From NCBI GenBank assembly GCA_004022145.1, contig RCNU01000002.1: a stretch of DNA of 64,000 nucleotides; one strand, given 5' to 3'. Below the pieces are notes generated by a model, which was not told where the DNA came from, made no database searches, and was given only the letters and a program-made list of their open reading frames with translations. Every line of letters starts with the position of its first letter. Within the stretch, counting starts at the first letter, position 1. The translations under genes were made by a program, and so were the position numbers. The stretch comes from Paecilomyces variotii. Taxonomy: Eukaryota. This document shows positions 25,801 through 37,578 of the stretch, piece by piece.

Positions 25801-26258
25801 TGGCCAATGTCTACTGCCAAGTTCGCGGGCGGAAGCGAATGGTGCTGTATCCTCCTTCGGAAGTCCAATACCTCCAGCTCCCCCCTGGGGCTTCTAGCTC
25901 CACCATCGACATCTTCCAGAATGGCCCTGACGGACCGATTGTGTCTATCCCGTACACGTCGCCGCATGAAGTACTCCTGCAGCCCGGCGACATCCTCTTC
26001 ATCCCACCGCTATGGTTACACACGGCCGCTCCCATGGGTGAAGTGAGCATCGCCGTGAATGTCTTCTTCCGGAATCTCACCCAAGGCTATGCCCCGGGGC
26101 GAGATGTTTACGGGAACCGCGATCTCCAGGCGTATGAGAAAGGACGAAATGATGTGATCAAGATTGCTCGCGCTTTCGATGGACTGCCTCCGGATATGGC
26201 CCAGTTCTATCTTCTCAGGCTTGCCGACGAGCTTCGAGAGAAGGCAGAGCGCGATTGA
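22841..26258 (+). CDS. PPM2: tRNA wybutosine-synthesizing protein 4 (LCM methyltransferase + kelch repeats + C-terminal JmjC domain)
   Basis: Spliced [53 protein letters not shown]-containing kelch repeats; Jmj[31 protein letters not shown]; five introns. Confidence 0.92.
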
Positions 26259-28568
26259 AGAACAAAATCCAGGGATTAGCCGTCCCCTCAAGGATCAGTT
26301 GAGTATCCCAGCCAGGCTCATCTCTTTAGGGAGATTCGATTGCTTGTCTCCCGAATGCCCAGGAGCCTGCCATTGGTGGACCACAGCGGCGCACCCGATC
26401 GGGCAATTGGCCTGAGCGTGCGATAGCAAGAAGACCCACTTTCCTGTATATCTTCTCTTATGAGTATGATTATTATTATCTGGCAGGAAATAATACGAGT
26501 CGCCAGAGACATGCCATCGCCACTTTTTTAAACCCGACAGCATTGCAGCGCTTATTTAATCCTGAGCATTCCTATGTTATGGACACCAGGAGGATTTCCC
26601 ATTGTTGGAGGATGACACCACGGGATGGAGGGGCAGTTCTTCCCGCGACGAGCAAGACGTCATCCAAAGCTTGTACTTTTTAAGGTTCCAATGCCGAGTT
26701 CATGCGAAAAATCTACTGATTCGCAGAGAACATGGACAATAATGAGAGAAAGCACAGAACGAGCGACAGACGATGGTCAGCCTCGTCGCCCGTAGACGAC
26801 CATGACTGGAGAAGGGCAATTGTCCGTCCTAGAGTACCGTCCTCCACGAGTCCAGTCGAACTTCGTGGAGATCCTGCAAAGATTACGAGTTCGGGCAGCA
26901 AGTTTCCCACCTGGGAAATGCGCTCTGTGATTGCTTTTCTTTTGCAACAGCCACTTTTTCAGCTGAGCTGCGAGCCGGAAGTGATCGCGTGGCAGGCAAT
27001 GCATTGAGGAGAAGGGCTGGATTCCATGGAACGGCCTGGAGCCTTACAGCGTGGCAGCCTCTGGCGGAAGATAATAGACATCATAGGCAATAATAATGAC
27101 AAGGAACTGGGTTAACTGAAGAGTGCTCGTCGTCTCCAAATCTGGGAAATGGTCAGGGAGTCGCCGGAGACGGAGACCCGCTGCTCTGGTACGATCAGCT
27201 GTCAATTGATGTCAAACCGTAGCGCTGCTGATATCCCAGTGGGAACAGCACAGCGCTTGTTTTGGGCCACGCGAGAATGGAGTATCTAGTGACGGCTCAA
27301 TACCGCGACAGGTGGAATCGACGTTGTTTTGCCCCCAACTCCAATTTCCGCAGTCCATCTCGCGGGGGAGCAGAAAGATGACCGTCCGACCTGGATCATG
27401 GAGGGGTCAGCGAAACGGGGGGATGGATGTGGAATTGTGGATCCAGCTGCAAACGGACTTGCCACTCGACGGGGAAGGGTGTGGTGCTGTCTGATCCGCT
27501 ATTGGCCACAGGGCCGCACTAGCGCGACCGGGGAGCCACGGCTTGCAGCAGAGGGTGAGTGGGGCCGGGCGCGGGGGACGAGCCAGTGCCGGCGCTGGGA
27601 TCGCCGCAAGCAGCGTGCGGACGCATGGCCCGGCAGCTCAGCGCACCTCCCATGGGCTCGAGATGCAGCCGTGCTCTCCCCCTCCAAATGCAAGCAGCAG
27701 GGAAAAAGAGGACCAGGAAGAACACCAACCCCTCTCCGGCCATCCATCCCCCGAACCAGCAAAAGAACAACGAGAACTACGAGTTGGTTAATGAGGTACT
27801 TGGGGAGTATTAGTATTACTTACCATAGGCATTGTCCCCCCCCCAAATCGCTTTGTTCAAGGGGCATCCCATCTTATTCCAAGTTCTCTCTTATCTTTCC
27901 GCTAGTTAACTACTAGCCCGTGTCCTCGACTCTACTATTACTCTTCTCTGCCCCGCGAACTCCCCACTGGCGCTTAACTATCGTTCCTTATCGCTGTAGA
28001 TTCTGGACGCGTCCGGACAGGCCGTCTGTTAGTCCCATCCCCGCCCGCCTTGCGACCCGGGTCATATCTTGATCTCGAGAATCCGGTTCGCATGGCAGAT
28101 AATCTGCACCATCCTCGACCCTCATCTCACAGCCAGCATTGATTGCGGTTTGCAGTGTCGTTATCAAAGGTATACAATCTCATCTCTTAGCGCCCATCCC
28201 CTCTCCCTTTCTTTGTCCTCATCTGGCACTGGTGTAACACAGATCCTACTTGCTTCGTCCCTACTGCAATTGCTGATGACAGGAATACACAGTGCAGATA
28301 CCCGAATTTATTATTATCACGTCGTTATTGTCACGGTGGGCAATTGTGAAACCAATTGTGGTCATCGTGTGAATCACCACGCGGAAGTTCTGTGATTCAG
28401 ACTATCCGGAGCGCAAGCATATCTCACTTTATGCGGCCATCGCAAAGGATGTAATTGCAGATTATCATCTGCCATAGCAACGGATTACTTCGAACCCAGA
28501 TCGCCGACTCGCATGCAAGTCCAGCTGATCCCACCGAAAAGAAACAGAAACCGTGAAGAGACGCTGCA

Positions 28569-30895
28569 ATGGCGACAGTTGTGGTCCAGCAGCAGTCAAT
28601 TCGACATTCCTCCACACCTCCACCTCTGTCCCCGGTGCTGAGCCTCAACGCTGGCATTCGAACTCCCACTCCAGTCCCCAATAAACATCTGCCATTATGT
28701 CCAACTGGCCCGGCTCCGCTTGTCAAGGATATCGACCGATCCAAGACCAGCGCTTCCGGGCAGGTCACGTCGGTTCTTTATCCGCCAGACTGCTTCGATA
28801 AGCTATCTGATTCCCCCCCGATATATTCGATCGATGTGGACACATTGGCTGAGGCATTGGACCATCTATCCACGCAACCCCTGCCTGAGCCCAAGCACGT
28901 CTTCCCTTGGCTACATGGCCTCCATCCCGACAACCAGATCCAACTAGCGTTCTTTGCCAATCGAAAGAAGTCAGCACGTCGCCCACCAAAATGTCTGAGA
29001 GGAATGACTATTGTGAAAGTCGGTGGTGATCTCTCGAGGTCAAGACTCAAGGGAGCCGTGTCTCCCGGGGAGGTTCTCGCAGTTATGAGCTCGGATTTCC
29101 TGGAAGCCGACCCCGCAGAAGGCTTTTCAGTCCGCAATTTCCAGATCCAAACAGCCAAGATAGCGACTTTGTCAGACATCGTGGTGTACGGTGACGACAA
29201 TGTTCCGGAGACAGAAACTATTGCATTGGCGGAGCAGATGTCGCTGGCGCAGCAGAATTGGCGGTTGAGAAATGATCCCGCTCAGGAGATACCCTTGTTC
29301 AATACATTTGTCCTTTCGAGTAGGTCTTCAGAGCCTTTTTATTCTGGTTCATGTATCGTCTGACTCCTTGCAGGTACTTTTCGGGAGGTCGAGGAAAGGC
29401 ATCCTGATCTGATATGTGTGGATCGTCAGGGTCATCTGACTGGGCGTGTCATGGATTTCTGTGAGTAAATATCCATCTCTACATTATACCAGGCACTGAC
29501 ATAAATCTTCTAGTCCAGTGGGAGCGCCTAGAAATGTGCGCCATGTCTAAAGCCTCAGAAATCTCCAAAAATGTTTTCCAAGGCCCTACGCCAGACTTAG
29601 CAGCAGGACTAGGAGAGTTTCAGGCTGTGCATGAAGAGTACGATCTGTTCGTTGAAGCTAGCGAACTCGCTAGCATTCCAGGCCCGCGGTTTTTGGCTAC
29701 AGTAGATCGACAACTAAAGGATGGTCCCCAGCAAATTGAGTTCCCAGCTTCCGGAAGCATTTTGCCCCCGCCAACAACGGAGAATAGAGAGGTTGATGAC
29801 CTGATCACGACCGTACGATGGCTCTACTACCTTGCGAACCCGGAAGAACCAGAGGAACCGAACGAAGGACTCGATGCGGATGGCGATATACAAATGGCCT
29901 CCTGGACACACAAGCCACGGAAGATTCTCATCCACTGTGGAGATGGCTATACCGAAAGCTCTCTTCTTGCTTTGGCATACTTCATGTTTGCGGAAGGCGT
30001 GCCGGCACATGAAGCATGGCTAAGGCTCCATTGCGACAAGAAGCGCAACTTCTTTGCCTACCCATCCGATGTTGCTTTCCTCACGACAATACAGCACCGC
30101 TTGCTGCAGGCAAGCCCGGTCGCTCAAGGGCTGAACGTGTCTCGCTTAGCCGATCCTGCATGGCTTGGAAAGATGGACGGTTCTCTCCCTAGTCGGATTC
30201 TGCCTTATATGTACTTGGGCAATCTAACGCACGCCAACAACCCTGAACTGCTTTGGGCCCTTGGAATTAGGCGTGTTTTGAGCATTGGAGAACCCGTGGC
30301 TTGGAGTGACGCGGAGCTCAGACGTTGGGGCAAGAACAACTTGATGTTCATCGACCAGGTCCAGGATAACGGCATCGACCCATTAACACAGGAGTTCGAG
30401 CGATGCTTGGAATTTATTCGTATGTGCTACCCTCTCCTAGAATGTCGCAAAACAGGTGCTGAGTGAGAATCAACAATCAGGAAAAGGAAAATCAGACAGG
30501 AGCGCAACCCTCGTCCACTGCCGTGTGGGTGTTTCGAGATCGGCCACGATCTGCATTGCAGAGGTTATGGCCTCTTTGGATCTTACATTTCCTCGAGCAT
30601 AGTGGGTACCAGCACTCTCATCATTAATAAACGATAAAACTAACACAATTGCGAATAGTTGTTTTGTCCGCGCGAGACGGCTTAATGTAATTATCCAGCC
30701 GCATCTGCGCTTTGTGTAAGTCTCCATTGTATCTCTTTTCGACCGGTGCCATAGCTGACTGGGACTAGGTACGAACTCCTGAAATGGGAAGAGCTGCAAG
30801 GCATCAGACGCAACCGACCTTTGAGACGCGAACTGGAATGGGCCTCCGTTGCTCGAGAAATCGCGCTGATGAACAAGCCCTACTCGAGACAATGA
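28569..30895 (+). CDS. PPS1: Dual-specificity protein phosphatase Pps1
   Basis: VFPWLHGLHP, FSVRNFQIQ, LIHCGDGYTESS, GSLPSRILPYMYLGNL, VQDNGIDPL, catalytic VHCRVGVSRSA, RARRLNVIIQP; five introns; stop TGA 30893-30895. Confidence 0.92.
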
Positions 30896-31847
30896 GCAGG
30901 CTACAGCAGAGCTGCGCACGCTCACAGACGTTTCTACCATCATGTTTGGTCATCATAACGCTACCTTGCTTACCTCTGATGGGACTTCGATCTTGAGATT
31001 CAACAGAGACGGATTTACGATACGGTTAGGAAATGACGATAACGAATGGGCCTTTTTTTCTTTCTGGGCGTCATGGAGTTTTCAGGTCTTTTTTTTCTTT
31101 TTTTCTCTCTCTTTGTCTAGGTCCTGGGATTGGCTGGACCCTCCCTTTCTTTTTGTTTTTTATTCATCTTTTTATTTTTCTTTTCGCCTTTTACTTCTCC
31201 GGCGATACTCTTTCCGTTCTGGGTCAATGGTACTGTATGATGTGAAATCCTATGTGCGCCTTGTTCTCATACCTGGAGACGAACGAGTGTGATATTCCCT
31301 TAATATTGTCAACCCAACCCTTTCTATTCTTCCCTTTCGTTATTATTATTATTACATGCGGTCTCTAATAAACGAGTTCTATTCTATGGTCCTATATCTG
31401 GATTTTACGCGCCTTATATTTCATGCTCTTTGATTCCTGCCTATGTTTAAGTGTCATTGTGATGAAAGATTCTGTTTTTGCAGTACAGTACACGTACTTG
31501 ATATTTCGGTGTCGGTGTAGGGATCGAAGAATAACCTGCTGCGCCGTAGTTATATTGACATTGATATATGATATATAGGCGTAAAAATATGTTTGATCTT
31601 CAATCCTTTCTTTTTGGTCTTTTCTTTCTTGAATATATTCCCGCTATGGGTCTTCGATGTCTTGAAGCTCCTCGTAAGGACTATAGGATGTTAACCGGCT
31701 TCCTTTTTTCTTTTTTTCTTTTTTCTTTTTTGGTTGGTCAAAAGTTGGATATCCTTAGCTTTTGGATATGCTTCAGGACTGCGAAAGTGAGTTGGTTTAT
31801 GTGGGCAAGGCGGGATAAATCTCTATTTTGCCCTGGCAATATAACTT

Positions 31848-34285
31848 TCAGCATCGCTCAAAAACACGATATAGACCCTTCAAGTCCGCGACTTCCACGA
31901 CGCCCTGGAGAAGATTCGTCGTGGCGACTAGTCGCGCGCGTAGGGAAGGAAAGACAACATGTTCGAGCATCTGGCTCAGCTGTGCCCGTCGGGCGGTGAT
32001 GGATTCGTCTTCCTGATGCCCTGGCTGACTTCCGGCATCGTTGCCAGAGTCATCTTCCGTACTAGGACGAGGAGGCGGGGGTAATTGCTCCGGGGTATAG
32101 AATGCAGCAAGTTCTCTCAGGAACGTGCGGAAACATGCCTCTTCGGCCGTCCAGTTTACGTACGGGCCTAATCGGAGGAGGAAGCGTGGGAGTTTTGCGA
32201 GTGAGGGAACGTAGCCTTTCAGTAGAAGTGGGATGGAGATCAGATGTCCGTCTTCGGAGATTTCAAGGGAGAAATATTCGTTTAGCATATCTCGTCGATC
32301 GATCAGGGTTCTGGAGACTGTATCTGGCGCTTCAGCGAAGATTCTCTCGGCTTCCTCATTTCTGCTGGAGCTGGGATCCGCGTTCTGGCTGTTGCGTGCT
32401 TCGTGCTCCTCTCGTTCGACGTCTGCTGCGATCCGAAGCAGGTCGACTAGTTTTGGAGGAGGATCAAGCTTTATGGTGCCAAAGTTGCCAAAGTCTGTGA
32501 GTCCAAGCTGGTAGAAGTACTCGTTACAGGTCATTCCGTAATCGACGAGGTAGAGCTTCACGCCTGCTTGGATGGCTGCGATGCGTCGTCGTTCGTCAAC
32601 CAGTCCGACATATGTATGCGAGGCGAACATCTCCGTCAGTTCGTTATGCATCGACGCGCGGACAGCAGCGCGGAGGTTCTTGATGGAGGTGAGGCCGATA
32701 CGGAGCGGTTCACGATCCGTTCTCTCGTAGTGTAAGCCATCATCTACAACTGCGGTCCCGCCCTCTGCTTCTGCGCTAGACATCGGATGAGGCGTTGCGG
32801 ATGGGAGCATCGACGTGATCTTGCGGACTTTGGAATCAGTCCGGACAAGGTTATGCTCATAAGGCTTCTTCGTTGTTGATGGTGTCCGAGGCGGTGCTTT
32901 ACGACCTTCAAGCGCAGTACCCGAAAGCGACTCATCACCAGCTGGTTCGGGCGGTCTGATGCCAGGAAGAAGAGTTTGAGTCATGAACGTCCTGCTAGAG
33001 TCCACCTGTGCCAAATTGGTCCGAATTTGACTGCAGATACACTCAATGATTTCATCTTCATTGAGGAAGTTGACCTCTCGTTTCGTCGGGTGAACATTGA
33101 CATCCACACGCTGCGGCTCGATTTCCAGATCGATGTAGACAAACGGATGCCCACCCTTTGGCAAGAAGGTTGAATATGTCTGTTCCACTGCTCTCTTCAC
33201 AGCAGAAGATTCAACCGAGCGATGGTTAATGAAGAGTAGAATAACTGTTCGCTTGACGTGATAGTTTGCGTTTGTGACAAGACCAGATGCCCGGAAACCC
33301 CATTTCTTATCATCGATGCTAAACTCAACGAGTTCGTTAGCTACGGCACTGCCGTGAATTTGACGTATGCGATCAATGGTAGTTGCATTCGCTGCAGTTG
33401 AAATGCTCATTCCTGAATCTCCGTGTTTCTTGCATGAGAAGGCTACGCCGGTGCAATGGACAGCGTACCGGCCCACGACGTCGAGGATCTTAGCATACTC
33501 TTCGCTAGCAGATCGAAACGCTCGACGGCGGGTTGGGACATTGTAAAATAGGTCTTCAACCTGTCTGTATTGTCAGATTACTGCCTTCTGCGCTAGTATT
33601 GGATATATGCACACACCGTGATTTGAGTGCCACCTCTTCCAGCAGTTGCCTTTGGCTCGGCACTCTGGCCTGGCTTTGCAGGAACAAGCTTTCCGTCACT
33701 ATAGTGTGCTCTCCAGGCACAGCTAGAACCAGCAGTTTTGGTGGTAACCGTGAGGTGAGCGATATGGCTGATACTAGCCAATGCCTCGCCACGAAATCCA
33801 TACGTTCCTATGGAAGATAGATCCTCGAACGCTTTTAATTTAGAGGTCGTGAACCTTTCGCAAAGTATGGGGAGATCATCCCGCTGTGGCTGAAGTCAGA
33901 GGTTTGCTCACTTGTTTCTTTTGCATATCTGCCTTTGCGAGATACTTACATCTATGCCATGACCGTTGTCAGTGATCTGGAGAAGCTTGAGACCGCCATC
34001 TTTCACCAAGATCTCGATAGAGGTGGAACCAGCGTCGACAGCATTCTCTATCAGCTCCTTCAGAGCGTGCATAGGAGCGACGATGATCTCTCCTGCGGCG
34101 ATCTTGTTCACCACATCGGGATCCAGTGCCTGTTCGGAGATTCAGCCATGAGTGAATCCTTCTCTGATAGACAAGATGTAACTACTAACCCGGATCCTCC
34201 TTGGTGCTTCTGGCAGACCAGCTTCATTTGCGGTCCTCTTGGTTCCACGAGGCTCAGCCTCGACAATATCCATCTCATCAGCCAT
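31848..34285 (-). CDS. MLH1: DNA mismatch repair protein MutL homolog Mlh1
   Basis: [52 protein letters not shown]-terminal LYRVFERC; three introns. Confidence 0.97.
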
Positions 34286-34720
34286 GATCTCAAAAGAGAT
34301 ATCCTGTTGTTTCTGATGTTGGTACAAGACTCAAGCACTTTTAGGTCATCATGCAGCCGCTGTATTGCGTCTAACGCAGCCCGGATGAGAAACAACAGGT
34401 TCTAGACCGTTCTTAAATTCCCTTACTATATTTTCCGGGAGCCACTTGGCGTTGTTCCATAAGACTGCCCTGGAGTCTGCTGTCAAAGGGGACGATGCAC
34501 GAGTCAAACTAGTATGGGCGGTGGAGAGGAACGGTGGCTGCCGCAGAATCGCCTAAAGGAAGTACTGCGGCTGCTGATCCCGACGAGCTGACAAGCTCCC
34601 CCGCAAGCAACCGTCAAGCTCCAGGTAATCCTTACTTAGCGCACGGAACAGCATCGAGACCGCGGATGCGACAGCGCGTTTCTAGAGCTCCCTAGGAGGA
34701 GTCCGTCATATGTAGCCGAC

Positions 34721-36876
34721 ATGCGCATCTCCAGGAGAGCCTTCGCGGCCGACGAGGAGCTGGGAAAGAAAGATGATGACCACCGACCTGCTGCGAGAGC
34801 TCCATCCCTTCGTCCCGCATGGAAAGCTCCCCGTCGGCGGCGCATCGTGCTAGCCTTCGTGGGCTTTTACCTGCTCTATATATTCTTCAAGAATATGCCC
34901 ACCGATTTGACACCTGCTGTCGAACGATATAATCCTGAATTGGCGCAGCTGCGGCAGAAGGGCCGGACTCTTCAGTCATCGCTGGGCGCCATACCTCAAG
35001 CTGTCAACCCGCATCAACCTCCGCCGAGAGAGAACGACGATGCAAAGGACAATGCGAAATATTACTATGAAGGGAAAGTCAGATTCTATAATCTTGCAAA
35101 ATCGCTACGTCCCAACTCGCCATCAAGCCATCGTCGGGAACATGTTAGTCGCGCCGTACTTTTTGCTGGCGCAGACCTGAAGAGCGTTGCGGACCTGTTA
35201 CCACTTGCCTGCGAGATGGTCCGTCAGGGTACAAACGAAGTACACTTTGCGCTCATGGGAAGGGATGACGTGTCGATCCCGGGGATTCAGAAGGTCAATG
35301 GCATCAGTGACGAGGACTGTCCGATACAATGGCATGGTATGCTATAATTTCGGGTTTCTGGACAACGGGTCCTGCCATTGTGTATACTGACTTTCTTGAT
35401 ATGCAGACGCGCGCCCTGACTACGCTCCCTGGTCAACTGGACCACGTATGGAAAGGGCAGTTAGGTCCGGATTGGGCTATATCCGAGAGTACATAAATCC
35501 GCAGGTCGTGATAACGCATGGTGAATTCCGTGAGGAGTCGTTCTTCTGGAAAGCGATAAAACAAAAGACAGACGAGTTAGGGCTGGCACACATTCCTCTT
35601 TCACGGCCTGCGGTGGACCTCATGTGGCTATCGAAGTTAGACAGCGGCTCCTTGAAAGGTACGGAAGTTCAAATCTATCTTTTCTTCGGGTAGATGTCGT
35701 TTACTGACATGTTGCGCTAAAGTCTGGAACAAAATGCAAATCGAGATGCTGGTTCATGCGCCGTCGGAATCGTCGGGCTCCCTGATCAGACTCCTGAAGT
35801 CGCTCGAAGGAGCAGACTATCTCGACTCCGTCCCTAGCCTAACCATCGAGTTGCCTCCGCGCGTTGACCCAGAACTACTACGTTTCCTACAGAATACGAA
35901 CTGGCCTCCTCAGTCATCAAGTAAGGTAACTCTTCGTCGCCGTATTCCATCTCAGCGTATGACATCCGAGATGTCTTCTATTCGAACCGTCGAGGCCTTC
36001 TATCCAAGAGATCCAAACGTGACCCACGTCCTCGTTCTATCACCACAGACCGAGCTGTCGCCTTCATTCTTTCACTTCTTGAAGTATACAGCTCTCAACT
36101 ATAAACACTCTGTTTCCGCCATGAATGTGTCATCTGAGCTGCTTGGCATAAGTCTTGAACTTCCGTCGTCTAGGCCAACTGACAACGAGCCCTTCGCTCC
36201 ACCTTCGGAACCTATGGACGTGCCACAAAGCCACGATGGAGAGCAGTCTCCTTTCTTCCTTTGGCAAGTCCCGGACAGTAATGCTGCGCTCTATTTCGGC
36301 GATAAATGGGCCGAGTTTCACTCCTTCCTGTCTCACCGCCTCAGTGCTCCAGGTGATTCTCATGATCTTTCACCAAAACTTATATCCAAGAAATACCCCG
36401 CCTTTATGGAATACCTCCTTGAATTTATGCGCGTTAGGGGTTATTATATGCTGTATCCGTCTTTTTCGGGCAGGAACCACGTCTCATTGGCAACGGTGCA
36501 TAATGAGCTATACCACCCTCCAGAAGAGTTTGTCGCGGATTCGTCAAGCGCGCTTGCAGAGGCTGACAAAGACACCATTGAAGACCTGCCGGAAGTTCTA
36601 TCTCCCAGTTCTGACTTGGAGCTGGGATCCGTAGAAAGACCGCTTTTTCATGGTTCAACCGTGGAGATTCTTCTTCAACGGTTTCCAGATCATCTGCCGA
36701 AGCTCGAAGCTCTGCCTCTATTATCCTACAAGAGCGAGAAGCTCTCAGCACGGGATATCCAGCAGAGGACGAGTGAATTTGCAAGGGAGTTCAGAACCAA
36801 GGTTGGAGGCTGCAAAGCGTCAAATACCCCTGACGATGCCGGCTTTTGGAAAATAGGTGACTACTTTTGTCTCTGA
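34721..36876 (+). CDS. Uncharacterised type II membrane protein, glycosyltransferase-2-like
   Basis: RRRR followed by hydrophobic IVLAFVGFYLLYIFF; luminal GSLIRLLKSLEGADY, VEAFYP..HVLVLSPQTELSP; introns near 35337-35406 and 35659-35722. Confidence 0.65.
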
Positions 36877-37224
36877 TATCGCTGGTGGCGTCTTTTGGTT
36901 TTCAACTTGGGTTGCATTTGTACGGTATAGCTTGTCCTGCCGGTATGTATCGGTCTACGGGGGTTGGCGTTTTCGACAGGTTTCTTGGCAGCTGGGTTTG
37001 TGCTGCTATATAGAAGGCCTAATGGGGCTAATCTTTTCCCTTGGGTGCTTTTATAGCACTATTGACGTAGACAACGATGGTTTCTTGTCTTTTGTGCGGT
37101 TGAACGGCTAAGAAAGATGCAGGATCTGTTATCTACTGCTGAGAAGTGCCCTATCAACAGAAGAATTGATGCTGTTCATAAAACGGGAAGCCATTATTTA
37201 GCGGAGCGAACAAGAACATGTAGT

Positions 37225-37250
37225 TAATAATAATAATAATGATAATGATA
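37225..37250. repeat. Short (TAA)5 microsatellite with degenerate TGA/TAA extension
   Basis: taataataataataatgataatgata read directly. Confidence 0.6.
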
Positions 37251-37358
37251 TACCATATGTCTCGTCGATGCTCAGTTTCCGACGATGACGAGGCTGTTGA
37301 CTGCCTGATGGAAGTTCTTGGCGCTGGCAGCTGGAGACCGCCTTACATAAGCCGACGT

Positions 37359-37405
37359 AGCTCCACCGGAGCGCCTGCATCGCCTTGGACAGCAACGAAA
37401 GCTCC
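37359..37405 (-). promoter_or_regulatory. Candidate proteasome-gene (Rpn4-type) elements GGTGGAGCT / GGAGCT upstream of RPN1
   Basis: AGCTCCACC at 37359-37367 and AGCTCC at 37400-37405, about 175-220 bp upstream of the RPN1 ATG. Confidence 0.35.
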
Positions 37406-37578
37406 AGACGCCTCACATCCCAAGCTCATACACTCCCCGATACCTCTCTTTGCACGCAGTGCCAGGTCCGTCCGGTTATAGCTTGGCATCTGCTAGGACA
37501 TCCCACCTCCATATCTACCGCCACATCTGTTGATCGCCCACGGCCTTACTGGCCAGATACCCGTCAGAGTCTCTCGGA

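Noticed and set aside
27815-27830. TTACTTACC resembling the U1 snRNA 5' end
   Set aside because: No U1 stem-loops or Sm site follow; better explained as a minus-strand 5' splice site.
27329-27916. 195-aa plus-strand ORF upstream of PPS1
   Set aside because: TTG start, GC-rich Arg/Gly/Pro composition and no domain; likely a chance ORF.
30942-31999. Phe-rich ORFs 30942-31292, 31033-31245 and 31568-31999
   Set aside because: They arise from T-rich tracts in the convergent 3' regions of PPS1 and MLH1; low complexity, no recognisable motifs.
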